A DNA stretch of 64,000 nt from Thermoplasmata archaeon (lineage in GTDB: Archaea; Thermoplasmatota; Thermoplasmata; UBA10834). The position numbers and the translations under genes were made by a program. The notes under the pieces are model-generated. The model was not told the DNA's origin. It made no database searches and was given only the letters and a program-made list of their open reading frames with translations. Location: assembly GCA_020696365.1 (NCBI GenBank), contig JAEHCM010000002.1, positions 18,751 through 82,750 of the forward strand, given 5' to 3'. Below are positions 22,792 to 31,307 of this stretch, piece after piece. Positions within the stretch are counted from its first letter, which is position 1. Each line of letters opens with the position of its first letter.

Positions 22792-23505
22792 ATGTACGAT
22801 TTGAAGCTCAAGATGTGGCTGGTGGACGGCAACAGGTTCATCGTGAGCGATGGCAGGGCCACACTGTTGCGCAAGATACGCGAGTATGGGTCCATGTCCA
22901 AGGCCGCCAAGGAGATGGGCATGTCCTACAGGCACGCCTGGGAGGTTCTCCATAGGATCTCGGAGAACGCAGGCGGAGATATCGTCGCATCGACGAGAGG
23001 GGGGCGAGATGGAGGCGACACGAAGCTCACCAAGCTCGGCGAGACGATATTGAGGGAGTACGACAACAAGACTGAATCGCTGACCAGTCAGCTTGAGAAC
23101 CATTGGAGGAAGCCGTCCGTGACGGTCGACGGCATCGTGATCAAGCGGGACAAGATACTTCTCATCAGAAGAGGGAAGGAGCCATTCAAAGGAGTTTACG
23201 CCCTCCCGGGAGGCTTTCTGGAGTACGGGGAGAAGGCAGAGCATTGTGCGACACGAGAGGTCCAAGAGGAGACCGGGCTCGTCACCGAGATAGTGGACCT
23301 GGTCGGCGTCTACTCGGACCCGAAGAGAGACCCTAGGGGGCACTTCGTCACCGCCGTCTATCACCTGAAGGCCGTCGGGGGACGGCTGAAGGCTGGAGAC
23401 GATGCGCAATCGGCAGAATGGGTACCTTTGGGCAAGCTGCCCGAATTCGCGTTCGACCACGGGATGATCATAAAGGACTTCCTGAAAAGGAAGCGTCAGG
23501 AATGA
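22792..23505 (+). CDS. Fusion protein: ModE-N/LysR-like winged HTH plus NUDIX hydrolase
   Basis: The N-terminal segment GRATLLRKIREYGSMSKAAKEMGMSYRHAWEVL resembles the ModE N-terminal HTH. The NUDIX box is GGFLEYGEKAEHCATREVQEETG. Confidence 0.75.
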   Translation: MYDLKLKMWLVDGNRFIVSDGRATLLRKIREYGSMSKAAKEMGMSYRHAWEVLHRISENAGGDIVASTRGGRDGGDTKLTKLGETILREYDNKTESLTSQLENHWRKPSVTVDGIVIKRDKILLIRRGKEPFKGVYALPGGFLEYGEKAEHCATREVQEETGLVTEIVDLVGVYSDPKRDPRGHFVTAVYHLKAVGGRLKAGDDAQSAEWVPLGKLPEFAFDHGMIIKDFLKRKRQE

Positions 23506-23508
23506 GGC

Positions 23509-24096
23509 TTACAGAGCCGGCGTCAATCCGCTCTGGCCCATGACGAACGGAAGATACACGACCTTCGAGCCGTTAACCGTGAGGGAATAGTCGAGCCTCT
23601 GCAGCACCCCCGGCTTCTCGGCCTCCATGGTGACGACTACGAAGTCCGCCAACTCCACCGCCTCTTCCCTGGACATCATGGCAGGCATACGTCGCACACC
23701 ACCGAAATCAAGCCTGGACCGATACTTCGGTGACGAGACGGTGTAATCTATGGCCAGCCTCTTGAACGTCGATGGGTCGAAATCTGCCGCGGGTATATGG
23801 ATGAACAGCGTCCCGCTGCCGTCCTCGTCCTTCATCCACGACATCAAGCGGAACACGTGCCCGCCCTCCACGCTCTTCGACCTGATGATGAACGAGCAGT
23901 AGAGCCTCCAAAAGGGGACGAACACCCTCTCGCCCGAGGACGACCCACTGAACTCCGCTATCTCGAAATCGAGCTTCTCGGCCCCGCCGTTCCTCGTGTG
24001 AAGGACGTTGCACTTGTCGCAGTAGAAGAGCTGGTCCCGCTGCTTCGAGTATATGGGCGAGTTGCACGAGGGACACTTCACCTGGACGATCCTCAT
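23509..24096 (-). CDS. Zinc-ribbon protein (soluble), last gene of the SPFH operon
   Basis: CPSCNSPIYSKQRDQLFYCDKC ribbon and FVPFWRL motif shared with the two upstream genes. ATGA overlap with the upstream stop. Confidence 0.65.
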   Translation of the reverse strand: MRIVQVKCPSCNSPIYSKQRDQLFYCDKCNVLHTRNGGAEKLDFEIAEFSGSSSGERVFVPFWRLYCSFIIRSKSVEGGHVFRLMSWMKDEDGSGTLFIHIPAADFDPSTFKRLAIDYTVSSPKYRSRLDFGGVRRMPAMMSREEAVELADFVVVTMEAEKPGVLQRLDYSLTVNGSKVVYLPFVMGQSGLTPAL

Positions 24097-25097
24097 CTGT
24101 ACGCCTCCTGCAGTGTTCTCGCAGCGCTCTGCAGCTCCTTGATCGTCTGCGAGACAGATGCGGGCTTGTTCTTGAACTCCCCCTCGACTATCTCCGAGCC
24201 GTGTCTGAAGAATCTGTAGGTGATGTAGAGGATGATGCCGCCAGCGAGTAGCCCTACTATCATCAGCTCCGCGGCGACGCTAGACATGATTATCCCGACC
24301 GCGGCCGCGAGGCCGCCGACCGAGGTCCCAGCGGTGATCGCGAGACTCTGAAAGAGGGGGTCGCCCGGTGCGCGCCCGGACAGCACCTGCCCGGTGACGC
24401 CGTCCACGGTGGTCATGTACATCCTGTCGCGGTAAGTGTAACGCACGACCCAGACGGGGTAATAGACCATCGAGAGTCTCCTCGGGAGCACGTGCAACCG
24501 CTCCATCGTGACGCGGGAGACCTTTGCGGACGACCGTGCCCTGGACTGAGCATCGGACTTGGCACGCGCCACTGCGTCGTCCCTGCTCGTGGTCGCCTCG
24601 AAAGTGGGTATCATATCGAAGTCGGCGAAGCTCGTCTCTCCTGAGAAGTTCCTGAGAGACCGTATGCCAAGGTCGCCAGGGTCGGTGGCGATCTCGGAGA
24701 ATCGGTAGTCGTTGAGAACCATGACCTCCTTCGGCACCTTCTGCTCGTGGACCCTCCCTTTGGAGTCCGTATGGCGTCGTATCTCGTAGCCACATATCCA
24801 GCCAGCAACCCTCGTCATGGCCCTCCAGAACGGCAGGTATATCGGGTACACCTCGATCGTCCTGCCGACACGCTTGAGGTCCCTCGCCTTCCAGCCTCTC
24901 GACCACCAGAGGCGGGACGCCTTCATCGCGCCTTCTCGGTTCACCTTGTTCCTGAAAGCTATCGTCGTGACGCCTTGGTCGCCCTCGATGAAGAGCGTAG
25001 AGTCGCAATAGGGGCACAGGAGCGTGCTCTCACCCTCGACGACGGATACAGCACCTCCGCATGCCGGGCAGTTCAGGCCGACCGATATGTCCGCCAT
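24093..25097 (-). CDS. Zinc-ribbon protein with C-terminal TM segments
   Basis: CPACGGAVSVVEGESTLLCPYC ribbon, YLPFWRAM and YYPVWVVRY motifs, hydrophobic C-terminus. ATG at 25097 is preceded by GGAGGT. Confidence 0.65.
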   Translation of the reverse strand: MADISVGLNCPACGGAVSVVEGESTLLCPYCDSTLFIEGDQGVTTIAFRNKVNREGAMKASRLWWSRGWKARDLKRVGRTIEVYPIYLPFWRAMTRVAGWICGYEIRRHTDSKGRVHEQKVPKEVMVLNDYRFSEIATDPGDLGIRSLRNFSGETSFADFDMIPTFEATTSRDDAVARAKSDAQSRARSSAKVSRVTMERLHVLPRRLSMVYYPVWVVRYTYRDRMYMTTVDGVTGQVLSGRAPGDPLFQSLAITAGTSVGGLAAAVGIIMSSVAAELMIVGLLAGGIILYITYRFFRHGSEIVEGEFKNKPASVSQTIKELQSAARTLQEAYR

Positions 25098-25098
25098 G

Positions 25099-25842
25099 CT
25101 ACAACCTCCTCGCGACCGTGAAAGAGGCTGCGAACACACCTATCACCGTGAGGGCCATGAGGACGAGTGCGGCCGTCAGGGAGCTCAGGGCCAGCACGCC
25201 CTCGAACGCAAACGCCAGGAAACCGAAGGCCGCCACCAGCATGTACGCGGCTGAGCTCCTCGTAGGGAAGACCGCCGAGAAGACCTCACCTGCCGAGGCG
25301 TCAATGATCACATCGTACCTCTTCTGTTCGAAAACGTAGGTGAGACGCCAGATGGGGAAGAAGACCAACGCCTGCTCCTTCGGCTTACCAGGAAGTGAAT
25401 CCACGTACGAGATCATCTCGATGTCCGGCTTGATGAGCTCGGCTCCGCTCGTATCGAACGAGGAGTCGAATATCTTCAAATCGCCGGCGGGCACCTTCAG
25501 CGCGTGCAGCCCGGGCAGCGTCGTGGACCCCGCGGGCTCGAAGAACACCTGCTCCTTCCCGTTGACGTTCCGCTTGAGCATGTACACCGGGAAGTACTGC
25601 TTCTGGACGCCCGCCACCTGGGCACGCTTATCCAGGTCCTTAGCCTTCTTAGAGCCTGCTGCCCATCTCCTGAACAGTCCCATCGCATTCGTTTCATCTA
25701 TCACGAACGGCACGGCGTAGTAGAACCCGGCTCCTGAGCGGTCGATATGGATCTGTGAGTCGCAGTAGGAGCACTTGATGAACCTCGTCCCCGCATCGAA
25801 TGCGACGGGGGCGGCACACTTCGGGCATTTGATCGATGCCAA
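25099..25842 (-). CDS. Zinc-ribbon protein with C-terminal TM segments
   Basis: CPKCAAPVAFDAGTRFIKCSYC ribbon, FFPIWRLTY motif, two C-terminal hydrophobic helices. TTG start. Confidence 0.6.
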   Translation of the reverse strand: MASIKCPKCAAPVAFDAGTRFIKCSYCDSQIHIDRSGAGFYYAVPFVIDETNAMGLFRRWAAGSKKAKDLDKRAQVAGVQKQYFPVYMLKRNVNGKEQVFFEPAGSTTLPGLHALKVPAGDLKIFDSSFDTSGAELIKPDIEMISYVDSLPGKPKEQALVFFPIWRLTYVFEQKRYDVIIDASAGEVFSAVFPTRSSAAYMLVAAFGFLAFAFEGVLALSSLTAALVLMALTVIGVFAASFTVARRL

Positions 25843-25875
25843 GATCTCCCTGCACCGAGACGACTTACGAGTCTA

Positions 25876-26994
25876 TCAAGTTTCCTTCCCGCACTCGGGG
25901 CAGAACTTGACGGAGTTGGGAACTTCCTCCCCACAGGAGGCGCACTTCTTGGTACTAGCGACCCGCCCCCCACATTCCGAACAGAACTTGGATGACGCTG
26001 GGACCTCCGCGTCGCACTTGGAGCACTTCGCCAAGTCAACCGCCATCTTCGCTCCGCACGACGAGCAGAACCTGCTCGAAGGCTGATTCATCTCGCTACA
26101 CTTGGAACAAGGCACGAGCGAGACCGCCTGGGGAGCTGTTCCCTGAGGGACTGGCTGCTGAGGTGGTCGCATGGAATCCATCATCGTCCAGCCCATCCCA
26201 ATGCCTGCGCCGACGCCGACCCCGGCTCCAGCAGTTCCGCCTGAGGGGTTCTGGGCGGCCTCACGCATGGCCTGCCCGGCCTGATACTGGACATAGTTGG
26301 CATTCAATATCTGCATCGAAGACTTCGTATCGACGGCCTTCTGCACCTCCTCCGGAAGCGATATGTACAGACCGGACAGCTTGTCGACCGTGAGGCCGTA
26401 GAGATCGAAGTGATCCTTGCACCTCGCGAGTATGACCTGCTCTATGTTCGTGAGATTGCTGGCGATGTCCGCAACACCCATTCCCTCGTTCTTCATATCG
26501 CCGAGGGAATCGTACACGAGTATGACCATCTGCTCCTTGATCCGCTCTTCGACCTCGGCGCTCGTGGCGTAGTTGAGCGTCCCAACGAACTGGTTCACGA
26601 AGTTCTCGGGGCCAGCGACCTTGTACCGGAACTCGCCGAACACTCGCAGGTTCACCATGCCGAACTCCTTGTCCCTGAACTGGTACGGCTGCTTGCTTCC
26701 GAATTTCGCGTCCAAGACGCGCTTCTGGAGGTAGACGACCTCGGCCTGCTGTTGCACGCCCGAAAGGAACTTGACCACCTTGCCCACTATCGGCGCGTTC
26801 AGTGAGGTGAGCGCGTACCTGTCCGGACGGTCGAAGTATGCGAGCGCTTTGCCGTCGCGGAAGAAGACGGCTACCTCATCCTCTCTAACGACGATGTTGT
26901 CGTTGAACCGGATGTTCCTGGGCATCCGATACATTATGTTTGAGCGCTTGTCTCGGTCCTCCCACTTGAAAGTGTCCGCGCCTATGAGACCCAT
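25876..26994 (-). CDS. SPFH/Band-7 domain protein of the YdjI (COG4260, virion-core-like) type, with three C-terminal zinc ribbons
   Basis: The blocks VREDEVAVFFRDGKALAYFDRPDRYALTS, EFGMVNLRVFGEFRYKV and ISLPEEVQKAVDTKSSM match my recollection of YdjI-family proteins. The C-terminus has three CxxC-x(10-11)-CxxC units. Confidence 0.8.
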   Translation of the reverse strand: MGLIGADTFKWEDRDKRSNIMYRMPRNIRFNDNIVVREDEVAVFFRDGKALAYFDRPDRYALTSLNAPIVGKVVKFLSGVQQQAEVVYLQKRVLDAKFGSKQPYQFRDKEFGMVNLRVFGEFRYKVAGPENFVNQFVGTLNYATSAEVEERIKEQMVILVYDSLGDMKNEGMGVADIASNLTNIEQVILARCKDHFDLYGLTVDKLSGLYISLPEEVQKAVDTKSSMQILNANYVQYQAGQAMREAAQNPSGGTAGAGVGVGAGIGMGWTMMDSMRPPQQPVPQGTAPQAVSLVPCSKCSEMNQPSSRFCSSCGAKMAVDLAKCSKCDAEVPASSKFCSECGGRVASTKKCASCGEEVPNSVKFCPECGKET

Positions 26995-26997
26995 ACA

Positions 26998-27528
26998 TCA
27001 CACCTCCGTTCCCTCGATCACCCTCAAGCGGGCGCCGAACTTATCCTCGAAATCGGTGATCCTCGCCTTGATGTTCATCATGTCCCTGAATATGGTTGAC
27101 TCGTCCGCGGCCATGAGTGAGTTCTTCAGAGACTCTATGCTGGCGGCCATGGACGCCATGTGGTCGAGCATGCTCGCATCGTACTCATAGAGTCGGTCGA
27201 GCTCCTCCTCCTTCACGCTGATATCGGCGGCTATCCCGGAGTATCCGACAGGCGCGTGGGCGACCTGGCCTTCCACCTTCTTGAACTGGTTGATCAATCC
27301 TCCGATCATGTCGAGCTCCTTCGATCCGGATCCCCGAATGAGAATCCCTCGACACTCCTCGAGGCCACGCCTCTGCAGAGCAATCTTCTGAGATAGTTGA
27401 GCGCGGAGCATGCGATCCGCATCTCTGATGTCTTCCCTGCGACGGTAACCTCTGAATCCCGGGACATAAGTCTGAATCTTCTTCAGAAGTCCTCTGTCGT
27501 CTTCGATCCTTTCCCTGATATCAGCCAT
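26998..27528 (-). CDS. Coiled-coil protein, first gene of the SPFH operon (function unknown)
   Basis: 176 aa, charged and helical (MADIRERIEDDRGLLKKIQ...). ATG at 27528 is preceded by GGAGGCG. The stop lies 3 nt before the SPFH gene start. Confidence 0.6.
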   Translation of the reverse strand: MADIRERIEDDRGLLKKIQTYVPGFRGYRRREDIRDADRMLRAQLSQKIALQRRGLEECRGILIRGSGSKELDMIGGLINQFKKVEGQVAHAPVGYSGIAADISVKEEELDRLYEYDASMLDHMASMAASIESLKNSLMAADESTIFRDMMNIKARITDFEDKFGARLRVIEGTEV

Positions 27529-27642
27529 CCTGGACGCCTCCGTCAAGTGCCTCAATATCGTATGGAAGGCCTAATAAACATGTCGTTGGTAGGCCAGGGG
27601 TCAGAAGTGCATTTATGTCTGAGGAGCCTATTTCGTCCCACG

Positions 27643-28119
27643 ATGGCCTCCGATATAATAGGCGTGATAGGCGCCAGTCGCGCAGACGACGAACTTCTGA
27701 GGCTGGCGGAGGAACTGGGACAGGAAATCGCCTCCAGAGGCGTCGCAATCGTCTGTGGCGGCATGACGGGCGTGATGGAGGCAGTCTGTAAAGGCGCACG
27801 GGCGAAGGGAGGGCTGACAATCGGCATCATCCCCTCTGATGACAAGAACGATGCCAATCAGTATGTCCAGGTACCCATCGTCACAGGCATGGGGGTGGGG
27901 AGGAACGTGATACTCGTCAAGACCGCAGACGTTCTCATAGCCGTAGGGGGCGAGTACGGGACTCTGTCTGAGATCGCCCATGCGCTGAACATCGGCAAGA
28001 CGGTGGTGGCGCTACGTTCTTGGAACCTGGAAAGAGCCGCGGAGAAGTCCATCCCGAACCTGATAGATGCCAAGAGTCCGAAAGAAGCCGTGGACCTGGC
28101 GCTGGACGCCCTCCATTAG
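27643..28119 (+). CDS. TIGR00725 / LOG-like (SLOG) Rossmann-fold protein
   Basis: IGVIGASR..., VCGGMTGVMEAVCKGA, GGEYGTLSE motifs. ATG at 27643 chosen; the upstream 82 codons of the ORF are not supported. Confidence 0.75.
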   Translation: MASDIIGVIGASRADDELLRLAEELGQEIASRGVAIVCGGMTGVMEAVCKGARAKGGLTIGIIPSDDKNDANQYVQVPIVTGMGVGRNVILVKTADVLIAVGGEYGTLSEIAHALNIGKTVVALRSWNLERAAEKSIPNLIDAKSPKEAVDLALDALH

Positions 28120-28139
28120 CATAGCCGATAAGCTCTGAG

Positions 28140-28169
28140 CGAGCTAGACATCCTTTTTCTGATTTCAAT
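28140..28169 (-). repeat. 30-nt boundary repeat, variant 2 (minus orientation): ATTGAAATCAGAAAAAGGATGTCTAGCTCG
   Basis: 28/30 identical to 53137-53166 on the opposite strand. It overlaps the TGA stop of ORF 28165..28428 and sits at the GC-rich/AT-richer transition. Confidence 0.8.
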
Positions 28170-28428
28170 AATACGGGGAATCGTCTCCTTCTCCCTTGTC
28201 CTTCCGCTTCAATTTCCTTGTAAGCGAGATAATAAGCGGTGCAATAAGAATCACAGTGCCAAACAGGACAATCTCAAAGAGAAATCCGCTGAGGTTCCTA
28301 TCGGACTCATTGGATCCGCCAATCATCTCAATGGCGGCAATCGCGAGTATCACGGCAGCAAGAACGAGCAGCCCAGGAACCCACTTTGTTATCTTCCTTC
28401 GGCCCTTCTTGCGAATCTTCTTCGCCAT
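28165..28428 (-). CDS. Small basic membrane protein (two TM segments)
   Basis: 87 aa: MAKKIRKKGRRK..., two hydrophobic helices, charged C-terminus. Confidence 0.5.
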   Translation of the reverse strand: MAKKIRKKGRRKITKWVPGLLVLAAVILAIAAIEMIGGSNESDRNLSGFLFEIVLFGTVILIAPLIISLTRKLKRKDKGEGDDSPYY

Positions 28429-28552
28429 TGTTCCTCAGTCGGTGACTGCGCATCAGAGGTTATGATTTTTCCCTGGTCTTCCGCCCCTATGGCCACTCCG
28501 ACTGTTGGCGGCATGCACGTCATCCCGCCATGCCAATATCGTCCTAAAAGTT

Positions 28553-28939
28553 CTAAGTGCATTGATTGTGCATCTTCACCTCAAGGGCGATGGTATCCAG
28601 TAACTTACGAAGTCGTCGTCCCTTGCTATCAAGCTCCTCGCTGCGAACCGAGGAAGCCTCGGGACACAGTTCGTCGACCACCACATCGCCATCGACAGAC
28701 ATATTCACCGGGTAGATGACGCAGCCTAAGGGCCTACGCGAGTACTCCCCGCATCGTTTCTTTTCATGGTCGTAGAAGAAACAGTACTCTCCAGTGTTGC
28801 GCAGTCGGGGTATGCCATCGGCGCCACGACGCACGAAATCCTCTCGCTCATAACCCCTTCGCTCAAGTCGCGCTATGTCCGCCTTGCACAGCTGCATCTC
28901 CGTATCGCGGCAGCACTTCTCGCAATGAGAACAGTGCAT
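28553..28939 (-). CDS. YkgJ-family zinc/iron-chelating protein (CxxCxxCC)
   Basis: The N-terminal CSHCEKCC motif and downstream Cys residues are typical of the UPF0153/YkgJ family. Confidence 0.7.
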   Translation of the reverse strand: MHCSHCEKCCRDTEMQLCKADIARLERRGYEREDFVRRGADGIPRLRNTGEYCFFYDHEKKRCGEYSRRPLGCVIYPVNMSVDGDVVVDELCPEASSVRSEELDSKGRRLRKLLDTIALEVKMHNQCT

Positions 28940-29324
28940 CCAACCTACGAGGTCGGCGGAATAGTTAAAGCTTCGGGCCGGCCGACCTCAGACCCGAGTT
29001 GCTGGAACGATGTCCGTTCATAGAGCGCGCAGCGTCCGCCGCCGATGTTTGGCGGAGGGGAACACATATCGGGGGATCCCTCGCAGTCCACCAAGGGGAT
29101 GAGACCCCTCGAGATGTGTTTAGAGGCGACAGTTATTTGTGCTACCTGCGTATGCTCACCCGAAGCCCTTCCGGGCTCTGTCATACCATATCTGTGACAT
29201 GGTTCCCTCAAACACTAGCAAGGATGGGGTGACTCCTAATAGCTGCGAAAAGGGGTACGTTGAACTAAGAAGTTGACTACGTCGAAGAACGACTTTACGA
29301 ACTACAGATAATCTATGGTGAACT

Positions 29325-31250
29325 ATGTCATTCAGAAGAATTCTCTTAATTAAGCCTTCGGGGAGGCATGGGATAAGCTTTGCATTTGATATGATTCCCA
29401 CTGGGCTTGAGTACATTGCCGCGCATATTGAGGATGTTGTTGACGAGATCAATATTGTTGATTTGGAGATGGAGCCTAAGCCAATACAACAGGCTGCCGC
29501 TGGGCTCTTAGATTCCCTTAAGCCCGATCTAGTGGGCATATCTATGTCTTCAACAGAGCACACCGAAGGCCTTGAGCTTGCACAAATGGCCAAGAAACGA
29601 GGTGCAATGACGGTTCTGGGCGGATACCATCCTACGGCAATCCCAGATGAACTACTTTCACATCCTCAAGTAGATTATATAGTCCGGGGCGAGGGCGAAC
29701 AAAAATTCAAGGAACTAGTGATAAAAGGAGATGCAAAGGGCATCAAGGGAATCTCTTATAGAGATGGAAACGAAATAATTCATAATCCTGAGCGAGATTT
29801 CATCAAGGACTTAGATAGCCTATCGTTCCCTGCTCGGCATCTCCGGCGATATAAATATTACCTATCTATGGCGAGAGGCAAAGAGCATGATATAATTACA
29901 ACTTCTAGGGGCTGTTGGGGCAGATGTAGTTTCTGCTGTGAGCCTACAATGAGCAATAGCCATCAGCGTTATCGCTCCCCAGAGAATGTTATGGCGGAGA
30001 TATTGGAGATAGTCAAGTACCATGATGGAAAGCCGCTCAGCATTGAAATCACGGATCCTCATTTTATGGGCAAGCCTGAGCTGGTTGAGAGGCTTTGTGA
30101 TTTGTTAGCTAGCCATAAGCTGGACATAGGTTTCACTGCAAAAGTCCGGCCGGATTCTATGGCAAAGCATCCTGAAGTTGTTCGGAAAATGATAGCAGTT
30201 GGCATTGCCCACTTTGAAATGGGTATTGAGAGCCCAAACATGAGAGACCTTGGAAATACGTCCAAGGGAGTTAGCCCAGATATTCATATTACGGCTGTTA
30301 ACAATATTAAGAAATGGGGAGGGAGTGCAGGAGGAACATTTGTTATTGGCTTGCCAGACCAAACTGAAGAGGAAATACTGGAATTTCCAGCTTATGCCAA
30401 GAAACTTGGAATCGTGGGCAGTGCGTTTGGCATAGCAACACCATATCCCGGCACAAAATTCTACGAAGAACTGGATACAAAAGGGCTGATATTTGAGACT
30501 GATTGGAATAGATTCGATGAGATGCATTCTGTATATAACTTAAAGCATATCTCAAGTGAGCGAATCGAGGAGCTGGCATCGATTTGCATGGCCAAATTCT
30601 GGACGGTGGATACATTTTTTGAAAGGGAACGCTTGAGAATTATCAGGGAAAACAATATGTGGTCCATGGATGCAGAGGCACCTATCAAAGAAGGTGACAA
30701 ACAATTTATGGACAAAAGACTCACTTTAATGGAGTTCATCAGGCAGAGAAGGGTCGACATCAAATTCTCGCTATCCGCAGGCACTCAGCTTCAAGGAGAT
30801 AATTTCAACAAACATATGCAACAGTTTTTCGAGGTATCGCCAGATCCGTCAGTAAAGAGATATACTGAGAAAGTAGGAATTCATAATCTTATAAAGATGT
30901 CCAGATTCTTAGATTTACTTGGACCCCAGACGACTCAAATAACAATGAGATCGGACGGAAAACCTCTCGTGAGCTGGGTTATCAAGACCACAAAGAACAC
31001 GGTGGAACACATTCAGGTAATACCTGGGAAGATGGATGGTGCTACAATCGATTTTGACGCAGAACTAAATGATTTCAAAATCAATGGGCAACAGCGCTCG
31101 TCAAAAATCAACAACGTCAGACTTGTAGCTAAATTACTCGCGTCAAACAAAGGCATCAAGAACCAGCTGGGTTTGTGCCGGTTAATCGCCGCAGCTGGCA
31201 TTGAGTTTACCACGTATTTAGGAACGAAAAATAATGGGAATAGCGAGTGA
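29325..31250 (+). CDS. B12-binding-domain radical SAM protein with a ~200-aa C-terminal extension
   Basis: N-terminal cobalamin-binding-like Rossmann region (LVGISMSST...VLGGYHPT) and the radical SAM triad CWGRCSFCC. AT-richer codon usage than the backbone. Confidence 0.8.
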   Translation: MSFRRILLIKPSGRHGISFAFDMIPTGLEYIAAHIEDVVDEINIVDLEMEPKPIQQAAAGLLDSLKPDLVGISMSSTEHTEGLELAQMAKKRGAMTVLGGYHPTAIPDELLSHPQVDYIVRGEGEQKFKELVIKGDAKGIKGISYRDGNEIIHNPERDFIKDLDSLSFPARHLRRYKYYLSMARGKEHDIITTSRGCWGRCSFCCEPTMSNSHQRYRSPENVMAEILEIVKYHDGKPLSIEITDPHFMGKPELVERLCDLLASHKLDIGFTAKVRPDSMAKHPEVVRKMIAVGIAHFEMGIESPNMRDLGNTSKGVSPDIHITAVNNIKKWGGSAGGTFVIGLPDQTEEEILEFPAYAKKLGIVGSAFGIATPYPGTKFYEELDTKGLIFETDWNRFDEMHSVYNLKHISSERIEELASICMAKFWTVDTFFERERLRIIRENNMWSMDAEAPIKEGDKQFMDKRLTLMEFIRQRRVDIKFSLSAGTQLQGDNFNKHMQQFFEVSPDPSVKRYTEKVGIHNLIKMSRFLDLLGPQTTQITMRSDGKPLVSWVIKTTKNTVEHIQVIPGKMDGATIDFDAELNDFKINGQQRSSKINNVRLVAKLLASNKGIKNQLGLCRLIAAAGIEFTTYLGTKNNGNSE

Positions 31251-31307
31251 TCAACATTGTGCTAGTAGTTCCTAAAGTCGTTCGGATGACGATTGGAGAG
31301 AGAACAA

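Noticed and set aside
23481-23505. Additional repeat-like strings inside coding regions. CCTGAAAAGGAAGCG lies at the 3' end of the NUDIX gene. CAGGAAAAGGCTCATTAGG lies at about 56054-56072 in the proteasome-like gene. CTGAAAAGGAC lies on the minus strand at about 402-412.
   Set aside because: These are short partial matches (10-14 nt) embedded in well-supported reading frames. They are compatible with chance in Lys/Arg-rich coding segments.
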